From: an uncultured cyanobacterium
GTDB taxonomy: Bacteria; Cyanobacteriota; Cyanobacteriia; PCC-6307; Cyanobiaceae
Direction of reading: 5' to 3'
Length of the DNA: 64,000 nucleotides
NCBI GenBank assembly: GCA_963765575.1
Contig: CAVXWZ010000002.1
Span: 64,001-128,000 of the forward strand
Every line of letters begins with the position of its first letter. Position 1 is the first letter of the stretch. Positions 31,121-45,265 of the stretch are shown in pieces. Below the pieces are notes generated by a model. That model did not search any database and was not told where the DNA came from. It saw only the letters and a list, made by a program, of their open reading frames with translations. The position numbers were made by a program, and so were the translations under genes.

Positions 31121-31802
31121 TCGGTCTGCCGATCACCAACTGACTGGCTCCGGCGGCAATCGCCTCAGCGGGTGCCATCACCCGCGCCTGATCAGCCTTG
31201 GCACTGCCCGCCGGCCTGATGCCCGGGGTCACTAGCATGAAGGGCTCAGGATGGTGGGCCCGCAGGGCTGCCACTTCACGGGGCGAGCAGACGCAGCCAC
31301 CGACCCCAGCTTCAGCGGCCAGATCAGCCAGATGGGCGACCTGGCGTTCAAGGGAGGCGGACACCTGCAATTGTTGCTGGAAGGAAGGTCCATCCCAGCT
31401 GGTGAGCACGGTGACGGCCAGGAGACAAGGGGCCGGGTGACCCGCCGTGGCGGCGCCCTGCTGGGCAGCCTGCTGGGCCTGGGTCAAGGCGGCACTGCCA
31501 GCGGAGGCATGCACGGTGATCAGATCGACACCCAGGCCGGCGGCTTGGCGGCAGGCCGACGCCATGGTCGCGGGGATGTCGTGAAACTTCAGGTCCAGAA
31601 AGATACGCAAGCCCAGGTTCTTGAGGGCCAAAACAATATCTGGACCACCGGCAACGAACAACTCCAGTCCTACCTTGACCCAGCGCAATTCAGGAATGGA
31701 TGCACTGAACTGCAAAGCGCCGGCAGGATCAAGGCCGTCTAGCGCAACAATGATCAGCTCTGCGGGATCGGGGATCAGCTCTGCGGGTTCAGGGCCTGCC
31801 AC
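31056..31802 (-). CDS. pyrF: Orotidine-5'-phosphate decarboxylase (start 31802 or up to 31829)
   Basis: [48 protein letters not shown]. Confidence 0.95.
   Translation of the reverse strand: MAGPEPAELIPDPAELIIVALDGLDPAGALQFSASIPELRWVKVGLELFVAGGPDIVLALKNLGLRIFLDLKFHDIPATMASACRQAAGLGVDLITVHASAGSAALTQAQQAAQQGAATAGHPAPCLLAVTVLTSWDGPSFQQQLQVSASLERQVAHLADLAAEAGVGGCVCSPREVAALRAHHPEPFMLVTPGIRPAGSAKADQARVMAPAEAIAAGASQLVIGRPITGSSDPREAFASCCQSLGLC
31752..31793. repeat. 21-bp tandem duplication at the pyrF 5' end ([14 protein letters not shown])
   Basis: GATCAGCTCTGCGGGATCGGG then GATCAGCTCTGCGGGTTCAGG. Confidence 0.85.
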
Positions 31803-31842
31803 GAGAGATTCCAGCTTAAAGATCATCAAGGTGAAAGATAAC

Positions 31843-31960
31843 TCCTGGCATCGACCTATTCTCTCAGGGGGCTACCCCCCAAATACCGTCGGCGCTGCAG
31901 CGTTTCACAGCCGAGTTCGAGATGGTTCGGCGTGGGTCCACTGCGCCATGGACACCAGGA
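31843..31960 (-). rRNA. rrf: 5S rRNA
   Basis: Minus strand TCCTGGTGTCCATGGCGCAGTGGACCCAC...CGAACTCGGCTGTGAAACGCTGCAGCGCCGACG...GATGCCAGGA. Confidence 0.97.
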
Positions 31961-32147
31961 ATTTCTTCACTTGTCAGGGTGAACCCTGAGAACTGCATAG
32001 GTATCCTTAATCCACTCACCACCAGCTCAACACCCGCAGCTCTTCACTGCAGGCGCTCACCGGCGGCCTCACGGCTCAAGGTTCCAGACAAAAGCATGGT
32101 CGTCTCCATCCCTCAACGGGACGTCAATGACCTTTCGCCATGGTCAT

Positions 32148-35031
<2,884 letters not shown>

Positions 35032-35299
35032 AATTTTGCCTCAACTCATTCATCATCACCAACACCTTTCTCCCTGACCTGGTTCATTGCTGATCCAAGC
35101 AGCTTGATGATCTCGGTTAGACTCTTTCGTTGAGGCGTCTTGGCTCTAAACTCAATAGAATCTCCAAATCCAGTCCTCCATCAATTACTATCAACTGAAC
35201 CACCCCAGGCAATCTCTTGCCCATTGATGGTCAGCATCCTGCTCTTAATGGCGGCTAAACTTGGCATCCATGAGATGCTTTTGTCCAGACTTACCTATA

Positions 35300-35314
35300 C
35301 AGTTGTCAAGGTTC
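35300..35314 (-). promoter_or_regulatory. ITS antitermination boxA
   Basis: GAACCTTGACAACTG on minus strand after tRNA-Ala; imperfectly complementary to the 23S-5S spacer at 31981-32001. Confidence 0.8.
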
Positions 35315-35532
35315 TACTGGCTTCTTCTCACCCTCTCGTGAAGGTGTGAATCCAGCATTCAAAATCTGCTCGTCATCACGTCCTGTGATCACAGCATCAA
35401 GATCCTGAAGGCTGGAATCTGACCCAGTTCTTGCAATCCCGTCTCGTCACCCCCTCAGCTCCACTGCTCGGCTGGTTGTTTCGCTTGCCTGCTTGCTTGC
35501 CTGCTCTGCTTGGCTCAGCGCTCCCGTTGGTA

Positions 35533-35605
35533 TGGAGGTTAGCGGACTCGAACCGCTGACATCCTGCTTGCAAAGCAGGCGCTCTACCAACTGAGCTAAA
35601 CCCCC
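35533..35605 (-). tRNA. tRNA-Ala(TGC) in the ITS
   Basis: GGGGGTTTAGCTCAGTTGGTAGAGCGCCTGCTTTGCAAGCAGG...GGTTCGAGTCCGCTAACCTCCA. Confidence 0.97.
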
Positions 35606-35614
35606 AATCGCGAA

Positions 35615-35688
<74 letters not shown>

Positions 35689-35903
35689 AGGAGCTCTTCC
35701 TCTATGGGGTGACCTAGACAAAGTTTAGGAACTGATCGTGATTCCTCCCCTCCAAACCTGATCCATCAAGTCCTGATCTCTCAAAACTCAATCGCTCAGA
35801 CTTCTGGTTTGGTTCACGTCGAGGTACCGATCGACCTAAGGTGACAGGACACTGGCCTGAGATCATTTCTGCTCAGACATCAATGTCAGGTTTGTCTCCC
35901 TGT

Positions 35904-37388
<1,485 letters not shown>

Positions 37389-38058
37389 AGATCAAACCCT
37401 CTTGATCAACCCCAACACTTGATTCACAATCTTGATGTCTCGCACATTCATGCAAGCTGCCAGCAATCAGTCAAAATGTTGCAAACTAATGCCTCACCTC
37501 GTCCAATCAACTAACCCATCAAAACCATTGGTCATCTGCTAAAATTGTCTCAGCTTGACTTGCTCTCACCCCCCAGCTCTTGCTCTCGCAATCCTGAAAG
37601 TTGGAGCCTCCTTCCTCTGACAGAAGGGTTCTTAAGAGTGCACAACCCTTGGTAATACTTCGCCAACATAAACCGATACACGTCTTGAGCAGTCTGCTTT
37701 CGCACACTGCTCCTTCCGCCATCGCTCAGCCGCTCCGCTTCCCTCAAGTCATGACTTTCCCAGATCTCAGATCCGGTCGCGATCACAGACATCCGCTGCT
37801 CTCCAGTCGGTCTGATCTCCCCTGAGCTCGTCTCTGCCCGTTCACTTCCCGCAATCGGCAAGCCCACACACAGCAACGCTCCCAAGGTCTCAGCTCTCGG
37901 CCCTCTCGGCCGCTTCTGTCTCGCTTGTTGCTTTTTGACGGGACCTCACACCTTCACAGCTTGCTTCTGTCACAGCCCCTTCCACCTCCACCAACCAACT
38001 TTCCCTTCCAGGGAAATCCAGCAGCTTCCGCTTCTAAAACCATGACGCCGTGAAAGCG

Positions 38059-38091
38059 TCAGTTCCTAAACTTCTTGGATTGTCCAGGTGC
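38059..38091 (-). promoter_or_regulatory. rrn leader boxA-like element and 16S processing-stem arm
   Basis: GCACCTGGACAAT on minus strand (38079-38091); 38059-38073 is the exact 15-nt inverted complement of ITS 35721-35735. Confidence 0.75.
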
Positions 38092-38230
38092 TGCTGCTTC
38101 CGCCCTCAACCCTCAAGGAAAATCCCTGGATTCAACACCCAGTGATCTCTCCCCTCAGGCCTTCCGGCTCTCGGCAGCCCGTTGCTCCCTCCTGCTCTCC
38201 CTCTCGGGTGCTCTCGGTCGCAACTCAGAA

Positions 38231-38391
38231 AACCTACAACACCGGTCGCTCTCGCTACCAATCGCTCCAGGTCCTGCGCTCAGCTCCTGCCTCGCCAAGC
38301 AACCTCAGCTCTGTTCAGCGGCGCTCTCGCGTCCCCTCACCAGCCTCGCTTGCTTCGCTCGCTCTCGCTTGCGCAGCTCATCACCATAACA
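38231..38391 (-). promoter_or_regulatory. Candidate tandem rrn promoters (-10 TAGGTT at 38231-38236; extended TGn-TATGGT at 38383-38391)
   Basis: TAnnnT hexamers upstream of the rrn leader; -35 elements weak; inferred only. Confidence 0.45.
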
Positions 38392-38408
38392 CCTTGCCCC
38401 GGAGCCAT

Positions 38409-39749
38409 TCAGCCCACCAGGCGCCGGAAGGTCTTCTTGCCCAGTTGCAGCACCTGGCCCTGCAGCTCGCTGGGGCTGCTGAACTCCAGGTTGGGATCGA
38501 GAAGCTTCTGCCCATCGAGGCGCACGCCACCGCCCTGGATCTGGCGCCGGGCCTCACTGCTGCTGGAGCAGAGGCCCACCGCACGGAGCAGGTAAAAGGC
38601 ACGGGCGGGAAACGTCACGTCGGCCAGGGAAGCCTCCGGCACCTCGGCTTGGGCAGCACCGCTTCCGCCCGCTCCAGCCACCAGCCTGGCCGCGTCCGCC
38701 TGGGCCTGCCGGGCCGCGGCCTCACCATGCCTGAGGCGGGTGATCTCCAGGGCCATGGCCTGCTGGCGCTGGCGCGGAGGCTGGGGCACAGCGTTGAGAT
38801 CGAGATCGGTGAGCAGGGTGAGGTAGGCATCCACCACCACATCGGGCAGCTTTTCGAGCTTCGAGTACATCGACAGGGGGTCTTCGCCCAGGCCCACTGT
38901 GTTCCCCAGGCTCTTGCTCATCTTCTGAACGCCGTCGAGTCCCGGCAGGATCGGCAGGAGCAGGCCGAACTGGGGCCGCTGCCCGAAGTGACGCTGCAGG
39001 TCGCGGCCCATGGCCACATTGAACTTCTGATCGGTTCCGCCCAGCTCCACATCGGCCTCCACCTGCACCGAGTCGTAGCCCTGGAGAAGCGGATAGAGAA
39101 ACTCGTGCAGGGAGATGGGCGTGCCGGAGCCATAGCGCTTGGCGAAGTCGTCCTTGGCGAGCATCTGGCCCACCGTGCTGGTCCCCATCAGCTCGATCAC
39201 CCGGGGGAGGTCGAGGCCCGTCAACCAGCCACTGTTCCGGCGCACTTCCAGGCGCCCGGGGGTGTGGAAATCCAGCAGGGCATCGGCTGGATCCCGCCCC
39301 TGGCCCAACTGGGCCAGGTAGGTGGAGGCATGGGCTTCCACCGCCTCGGCACTGAGTTGCACCCGGGTGGCACTCTTGCCCGTGGGGTCACCAATGCGGG
39401 CGGTGAAGTCGCCAATGATCAGCACCGCCGTGTGGCCGGCATCCTGGAAGGCCCGCAGCTTGCGGAACAGCAGCGAATGCCCCAGATGGATGTCGGCACC
39501 GGTGGGGTCGATCCCCAACTTGATGCGCAGGGGCCGCTGGATGGCCCCAGCCTCCATCAGCCGCCCAGCGAGGCACTGGTCGGGATCCACCCCGGCAGAG
39601 GTGGGCTCGGCAGCCAGTCCGCCGGGAAACAAATCGGCCACTCCACGCGCCAGCCAGGCGGGCAGGGGCTGCAGGCCAGGATCCAGTGCGGCCGAATCGT
39701 GGTCGGCGGTCTCCGGTGCGGCAGTCATCGAACCCGGCGCGAATGGCAC
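38409..39749 (-). CDS. tyrS: Tyrosine--tRNA ligase
   Basis: [47 protein letters not shown]4-like C-terminus. Confidence 0.97.
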   Translation of the reverse strand: MPFAPGSMTAAPETADHDSAALDPGLQPLPAWLARGVADLFPGGLAAEPTSAGVDPDQCLAGRLMEAGAIQRPLRIKLGIDPTGADIHLGHSLLFRKLRAFQDAGHTAVLIIGDFTARIGDPTGKSATRVQLSAEAVEAHASTYLAQLGQGRDPADALLDFHTPGRLEVRRNSGWLTGLDLPRVIELMGTSTVGQMLAKDDFAKRYGSGTPISLHEFLYPLLQGYDSVQVEADVELGGTDQKFNVAMGRDLQRHFGQRPQFGLLLPILPGLDGVQKMSKSLGNTVGLGEDPLSMYSKLEKLPDVVVDAYLTLLTDLDLNAVPQPPRQRQQAMALEITRLRHGEAAARQAQADAARLVAGAGGSGAAQAEVPEASLADVTFPARAFYLLRAVGLCSSSSEARRQIQGGGVRLDGQKLLDPNLEFSSPSELQGQVLQLGKKTFRRLVG

Positions 39750-39783
39750 AGCCGGTGATCGTAGGCAGGCACTTCGGCAGGGA

Positions 39784-40107
39784 TCAGGATTGCTGCTCGA
39801 GTTCGCTCTTCATGCGCTCGAGGGTCTGCTGCATCTGGTTGAACATCATGTCGGGCGTAAGACCGAACTGGCCAAGCTGGGTGCGCAGCTGCTCCACCGT
39901 GAGCTTGGCCTGGAAATCCTCAGACAATTCAAAGCGCTTCATGAACACGCGATAGCGCTCCATCACATCTTCCATGCGAGCGATGTAGAGCTTCTTGCCC
40001 TCGCGATCGAATTTCCCATACTCGCTGCCCAGCTGCATCAACTGCTGGTAGTCGCCGAACAGGCGCCGGGCCTCGTCCTGAACGATGTCGGAGTCGAAAA
40101 AGGCCAT
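39784..40107 (-). CDS. DUF1825 family protein
   Basis: [40 protein letters not shown]. Confidence 0.8.
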   Translation of the reverse strand: MAFFDSDIVQDEARRLFGDYQQLMQLGSEYGKFDREGKKLYIARMEDVMERYRVFMKRFELSEDFQAKLTVEQLRTQLGQFGLTPDMMFNQMQQTLERMKSELEQQS

Positions 40108-40238
40108 CGGGGCGGCGCCTGGGTCGCACAGGAGTTGATTCTGAACACCGCCCGGGCCTGGAGCGAGTGCGGAAAGGCGTAAAGGTCGGTGCAGGGGCGC
40201 TGACAGGGGCGCTGACATCTGCGGGCCCCCGACCCACG

Positions 40239-40982
40239 ATGACGGCAGGCCCGATCGCATGGCGGCCCGTGGATTTCATACCGATCCTGGCCCAGCTGGA
40301 GGCGAATGGTCGCCAGAGCCGGGAATTGCTCCGCGATGCACGGCTGGTGCTCTGCCTGGGCAACCACGCCTTGCTCACCCTGCTGCTCCAGCCGGCCAGA
40401 GCGTCCGCCCGCTTGCTGGCGGCGGTCACCACGGCGCGGGAAGCCGAGGCGGCAGTGGCCGCAGGACAACCCACCATGCTGGTGATCAGCGACGTGCTGG
40501 AGCAAGGGGACGGCATCGAGACGGCGATCAGCCTCAAGGCACGGCACCCCGACCTGCGGGTGCTGCTGCTGCTGCACCGGGAACATCGACTGCATGCCAT
40601 CCGTCGAGCGATCGAAGCCGACTGCGATGGCCTGCTGCTGGAATCGAGCTTCGGTTCCGGTGCCCTGCTGGCGGCCCTGCACGTGGTGAGTGGCGGCGGC
40701 ATCTTCATCGACCGCCCCCTGCGGCGGGACTACCGGCGGGGGCGCGAGCGCGGGGGACCACAACAGGCCCTCAGTCCAAGGGAGCTGGACGTGCTCACCC
40801 TGGTGGCCGAGGGGGAGACCAATGCCCAGATCGGCCAGGCGCTCTTTCTCTCACCGGACACGGTCAAGACCCACCTGGGCAATCTGCTCGCCAAGCTGCC
40901 TGCCCGGGGGCGCGCCCATGCCGCCGTGCTGGGGGTCTGCTGGGGCCTGATCGACTGGCCCGAGGGCAAACACTGCCGCTAG
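40239..40982 (+). CDS. LuxR/NarL-type transcription factor with atypical receiver domain
   Basis: C-terminal LSPRELDVL.LVAEG.TN.QIG..LFLS..TVKTH HTH; degenerate receiver. Confidence 0.85.
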   Translation: MTAGPIAWRPVDFIPILAQLEANGRQSRELLRDARLVLCLGNHALLTLLLQPARASARLLAAVTTAREAEAAVAAGQPTMLVISDVLEQGDGIETAISLKARHPDLRVLLLLHREHRLHAIRRAIEADCDGLLLESSFGSGALLAALHVVSGGGIFIDRPLRRDYRRGRERGGPQQALSPRELDVLTLVAEGETNAQIGQALFLSPDTVKTHLGNLLAKLPARGRAHAAVLGVCWGLIDWPEGKHCR

Positions 40983-41016
40983 TTTCGGCTGGCAGCCGCA
41001 GACGGACACCTTCACC

Positions 41017-41733
41017 ATGGCCCGGCGGCACTGGCTGGATCCCCTGGCGCGACGCTTGCTGATCGCCGGCGGCCAGCTGCCGGCCGCGGCGCGGCAGGCT
41101 GGCAATCGCCCCAGCAACACGGCGATGGGCACGTCACCGCCGCCCGTCACCGCCGCAGCCGACAGCCATCACGAGCAGGTCGAACGGGAGCTGCTGGCCC
41201 TGAAACTGCGCCACGATCCGATGCGAGCCCTGGCCAGTGCGGAGGACGTGCGCCATGCCGCCGCGCTCGGCTGGCGGCTGGATGTGAACCGGGCCAGCGC
41301 CGGCGATTGGCGCCGGCTGCCGGGCATCCAGGCCGAACAGGTGGACCTGCTCCTGCGCCTGCAGGCCGGAGGCGTGCAGCTGAGCGGCGCGGAGGACCTG
41401 CAGCGGTTGCTGGATCTGCCGGCCAGTCAGGTCCAGGGCTGGCTGCCGGTGCTGCTCTTCCGCTGGTACGGGGAGCCGGCGGCACCAGCCTCCGCCGCCA
41501 TCCGGATCGATCTCAACCGGGTTCCAGAGGCCCAGCTGCAGCAACTCGGCCTCTCCGCGGAGCGCCGCCAGCGCCTGCTGCGCGAACGGGCCCGCGGCCC
41601 CTTCCGCGACCTCGCTGATCTCCAGGCCCGATTGCAGCTCCCCGCCGATCTGGTGGAGGGCTGGATCGGCAAGGTGACTTTCAGTGATGGCAAGGCCGGT
41701 CCGGTGCTGCCACCGGCCCGGCGCTCCGCCTGA
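41017..41733 (+). CDS. Helix-hairpin-helix (ComEA-like) DNA-binding protein
   Basis: LDVNRAS..W.RLPGI, second IDLN...RERARGPFRDLADLQARL. Confidence 0.75.
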   Translation: MARRHWLDPLARRLLIAGGQLPAAARQAGNRPSNTAMGTSPPPVTAAADSHHEQVERELLALKLRHDPMRALASAEDVRHAAALGWRLDVNRASAGDWRRLPGIQAEQVDLLLRLQAGGVQLSGAEDLQRLLDLPASQVQGWLPVLLFRWYGEPAAPASAAIRIDLNRVPEAQLQQLGLSAERRQRLLRERARGPFRDLADLQARLQLPADLVEGWIGKVTFSDGKAGPVLPPARRSA

Positions 41734-41747
41734 GGCCCGCGAACGCC

Positions 41748-42395
41748 ATGGGCCCAGCGCGGCAGGGGGAATTGTTCGCCGCCTCATCGGCCCTGGGGGA
41801 GGGGGGGCAGGCGGCCCCAGAACTGCCGCTGCTCAGGCGCCAGCTGCAGGAGTGGCAGCAGGCTCTGGCCCGCCACCAGACCCCCCTGTTTGCCGGTGCC
41901 CCCGCGGACAGCCGCCAAGTGGGGCTGTTTGAGCCGGCGCAACAGAACACGACAGCGGACCAGACCGTGGCCGCCCTATCGCCCACTGATCCCCTGACCC
42001 TCAATCCTCTGCAGCTGCGGGCCCAGCCCCTGAGCTTCTGGCGCTGGCCCGATCCCCCCCAGCGGGGGGCGGCGCTCTACTTCGTGATTGACAGCCTGCA
42101 GGGGGATCGCGGGCAGCAGCCCCAGCCGCTGCTGCTCTACGTGGGCGAAACCGGCCGGGCCGAGCGCCGCTGGAAGGGCGAGCACGACTGCAAGCACTAT
42201 CTGGCGGCCTACAGCGAAGCCCTGGCCCGGGTGGAGATCAGCAGCAGGTTGACCATCCGCTTCTGGCTCGACGCCCCCGGGGCCGCCCGGCAGCGCCGCG
42301 CCCTTGAGCAGGCCCTGATCCAGCGCTGGCTGCCGCCCTTCAACAAGGAAACCCGGCAGCGCTGGGCCACGCCCTTCACCGCTGATGGCGACTGA
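41748..42395 (+). CDS. GIY-YIG nuclease family protein
   Basis: ALYFV...LLYVGET, RWKGEHDCK, LEQALI, PPFNKE. Confidence 0.8.
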   Translation: MGPARQGELFAASSALGEGGQAAPELPLLRRQLQEWQQALARHQTPLFAGAPADSRQVGLFEPAQQNTTADQTVAALSPTDPLTLNPLQLRAQPLSFWRWPDPPQRGAALYFVIDSLQGDRGQQPQPLLLYVGETGRAERRWKGEHDCKHYLAAYSEALARVEISSRLTIRFWLDAPGAARQRRALEQALIQRWLPPFNKETRQRWATPFTADGD

Positions 42396-42433
42396 GGCCG
42401 CTGGCTACCATCGCCTCCCACCCAGGCAGGGTC

Positions 42434-43951
42434 ATGGAGTTTCGCTGCATCCCCGACACGCTCACGGCCGCCCTCGGCCCCTGGAGCGGCGACACCCTGG
42501 CGGTGGGGCTGTTCGCCCCCAGTGACGGTCAACCCGCCGATCCGCTGCGCACCGAGCTGATCGCGGCCTTCGGTGACCAGCTGCAAGAGCGGCTGGAGCA
42601 GCGGCGTTTCCAGGCCAAACCGGGTGAATGCCTGAGCCTGGAATGCCTCGGCCAGCAGCCGCGCACCCTGATCCTGGTGGGGCTGGGGGAGCCGGAGGCG
42701 TTCGATCTGGACAGCCTGCGCGCCGCCGCCGCCACCGCTGGCCGTGCCGCCGCCGCCGCCGCCGCCCGGGAGCTGGCCCTGGCCCTGCCCTGCGAGGGAT
42801 TGGCGAGCGCCAGCGCCGGCCGGGCGATCGCCGAGGCGGTGCGGCTGAGCCTCTACAGCGACCAGCGCTTCAAGAGCGACCACGAACCCCAGCCCCAACC
42901 CGAGGTGGTGAGCCTGATCGGGCTGCCGGCCAGCAGCGCCGAAGCCATGGCAGCCGTGGACGGGACCTGCGCGGGCGTGGAACTGGCCCGTCAGCTGGTG
43001 GCGGCGCCACCCAATGTGGCCACCCCCCAGCACCTGGCCGACACGGCCGCCGCGATCGCCCGCGACCACGGCCTCGAGCTGCGGGTGCTGGAGCGGGAGG
43101 ACTGCCAGGCCCTGGGGATGGGCGCCTATCTGGGGGTGGCCCAGGGGTCGGAGCTGCCCCCCAAATTCATCCACCTCACCTACCGGCCGGCCGGCGGCAG
43201 CCAGCGCCGGGTGGTCCTGGTGGGCAAGGGGCTGACCTTCGATTCCGGCGGTTACAACCTCAAGACCGGCGGCTCCCAGATTGAGATGATGAAATACGAC
43301 ATGGGGGGCAGCGCCGCCGTGCTGGGTGCCGCCCGGGCCATCGCCGAGCTGAAACCCGAGGGGGTGGAGGTGCATGTGCTCGTGGCCTCCTGCGAAAACA
43401 TGATCAGTGGAGGAGCCGTGCATCCCGGCGACATCCTCACGGCCTCCAACGGCAAGACGATCGAGATCAACAACACTGATGCCGAAGGCCGGCTGACCCT
43501 GGCTGACGCCCTGGTCTACGCCTGCAAGCTCGAACCCGATGCCGTGGTGGATCTGGCCACCCTCACCGGGGCCTGTGTCATCGCCCTGGGGGAGGAGATG
43601 GCGGGACTGTGGTCCAGCAGCGATGGCCTCGCCCTGGCCCTGCAGGCCGCCGGTGCCGCCGGCGGCGAAACCCTTTGGCCCATGCCCCTGCGCAGGTCCT
43701 ACAAGGCTGGCCTCAAGAGCCCGGTGGCCGACCTGAAAAACACCGGCCCCCGCCCCGGTGGCGCCATCACCGCGGCTCTGTTTCTGCAGGATTTCGTGAC
43801 CAAGGGCCTGCCCTGGGCCCACCTGGACATCGCCGGCACGGTGTGGAGCGACAAGGGCCGGGGCCTGGATCCTGCCGGAGCCACAGGCTTCGGGGTGCGC
43901 ACCCTGGTGAACTGGATCTGCAGTGGCGCTCCCCTGGGCCCGCAGCCCTAG
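42434..43951 (+). CDS. pepA: Leucyl aminopeptidase (M17)
   Basis: LVGKGLTFDSGG, MKYDMGG, NTDAEGRL, DLATLTGA, AHLDIAG. Confidence 0.97.
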   Translation: MEFRCIPDTLTAALGPWSGDTLAVGLFAPSDGQPADPLRTELIAAFGDQLQERLEQRRFQAKPGECLSLECLGQQPRTLILVGLGEPEAFDLDSLRAAAATAGRAAAAAAARELALALPCEGLASASAGRAIAEAVRLSLYSDQRFKSDHEPQPQPEVVSLIGLPASSAEAMAAVDGTCAGVELARQLVAAPPNVATPQHLADTAAAIARDHGLELRVLEREDCQALGMGAYLGVAQGSELPPKFIHLTYRPAGGSQRRVVLVGKGLTFDSGGYNLKTGGSQIEMMKYDMGGSAAVLGAARAIAELKPEGVEVHVLVASCENMISGGAVHPGDILTASNGKTIEINNTDAEGRLTLADALVYACKLEPDAVVDLATLTGACVIALGEEMAGLWSSSDGLALALQAAGAAGGETLWPMPLRRSYKAGLKSPVADLKNTGPRPGGAITAALFLQDFVTKGLPWAHLDIAGTVWSDKGRGLDPAGATGFGVRTLVNWICSGAPLGPQP

Positions 43952-43985
43952 GTTTGCCTTGCCGCCGAGCCGCCCTTCCCAGCCC

Positions 43986-44270
43986 ATGGCCGTCAAGAAG
44001 ATCCGCTGGTACGTCAAGGCCCAGCTCGGCATTCTGCTGCTGCCGGCAGGTCTCTGTCTGTTCGGGGAGGCGGTGATCCGCAAGGGGCTTGAGGAGCTGA
44101 TCAAACGCACCGAACTGGCCGCCGGCGCCAGCGACGTCCTGCCCTTGAAGCTGCTTCAGGCGCCTGGTCCCTGGTTCTGGTACGCCACCTTCGGGTTGAT
44201 CCTGATCAACGCCGGTGTGGGACTGATGGTGGAAAGCGGGCTGCTGCGGGGCTACCCACGCCAGGGCTGA
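43986..44270 (+). CDS. Small two-TM hypothetical protein
   Basis: MAVKKIRWYVKAQLG...; two hydrophobic helices. Confidence 0.6.
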   Translation: MAVKKIRWYVKAQLGILLLPAGLCLFGEAVIRKGLEELIKRTELAAGASDVLPLKLLQAPGPWFWYATFGLILINAGVGLMVESGLLRGYPRQG

Positions 44271-44298
44271 AGCCACGGCCCACGGCCCACGGCGTGCG

Positions 44299-44532
44299 TC
44301 AGGCGGCGCGGCTGAGACGTCCAGCCACCACCCCGGGGCCGATCGCGCTGCTGGCTGCCGCCCGCAGACTGGTGATCAGGTCGTCAGGAGACTCCAGGGC
44401 ATGGATCTGCCAACGGGCCCTGCCGCTGCAGAGGGGCAGCAGCCGATCCAGATCGTCGGCGGCCTGCTTGGGACTCTGGTAAGGGCCCACGTGTCGGCTC
44501 TGGAGCCCGTCCCGGATTGTCAGCAGATACAT
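44299..44532 (-). CDS. Small hypothetical protein
   Basis: MYLLTIRDGL..RHVGPY.SP..A.DDL...WQIHALE; protein-like, fills the gap downstream of msrA. Confidence 0.6.
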   Translation of the reverse strand: MYLLTIRDGLQSRHVGPYQSPKQAADDLDRLLPLCSGRARWQIHALESPDDLITSLRAAASSAIGPGVVAGRLSRAA

Positions 44533-44560
44533 ACCAAACCTGCATCACGCAGCAACCACG

Positions 44561-45265
44561 CTAACCGGCTTGGCCCGTGGGGCCAAGCACCGTCCCCCAG
44601 GCCTGAGGCGAGCGGGCCCGGCTGCCCCACACCGCCTCCAGGCGCCCGTCCCGGCCGCAGGACCAGCGGTAATAGCCATAGCGAAGCGGATTGCGCTGAG
44701 CGTAGTTCTGGTGGTAGTCCTCCGCAGGCCAGAACCGGCTCAGCGGCTGGATCCGCACCGACAGGGCCGATTCAGCGCGGCCCAGTTCGCTGGCGGCCTG
44801 TTGACGGCTGGCCAGGGCCAGACGCTGCTGCTCCGCTCCGGCGGTGAAGATCACGGGGCGGTAAGAGTCACCGCGATCACAGAACTGCCCGGCGCCATCC
44901 AGCGGGTCGATGTTGCGCCAGTAGGACCGCAGCAGGTCATCGCTGCTGATGCGGCTGGGGTCGAAGCGCACCCGCACGCTCTCCTGATGGCCGCTGCCAC
45001 CGGCCGACACCTGGCGGTAAGTGGGGTGCCGCAGCTGGCCGCCGCTGTAGCCACTCTCCACCTCCAGCACGCCCGGGAGTGTTTCCAGGTCGTGCTCCAG
45101 GCACCAGAAGCAACCGCCCGCCAGCACCAGCTCCCGGGTCGCCGCAGGCGGCTCAGCGGCGTGGGTCGCCGCGGGCCAGATCCCCAGGGCCGCAATCAGC
45201 ACCAGCAAGGCGGCGACCAGTGCCAGGGGGCGGGCGGGATGGAAGCGCGGCGACGGACTGTTCAC
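44561..45265 (-). CDS. msrA: Peptide-methionine (S)-S-oxide reductase with signal peptide
   Basis: [34 protein letters not shown]-terminal signal ending A-H-A. Confidence 0.93.
   Translation of the reverse strand: MNSPSPRFHPARPLALVAALLVLIAALGIWPAATHAAEPPAATRELVLAGGCFWCLEHDLETLPGVLEVESGYSGGQLRHPTYRQVSAGGSGHQESVRVRFDPSRISSDDLLRSYWRNIDPLDGAGQFCDRGDSYRPVIFTAGAEQQRLALASRQQAASELGRAESALSVRIQPLSRFWPAEDYHQNYAQRNPLRYGYYRWSCGRDGRLEAVWGSRARSPQAWGTVLGPTGQAG

Noticed and set aside
44272..44293. CCACGGC x3 between convergent small genes
   Set aside because: Short GC-rich microsatellite with no evident function
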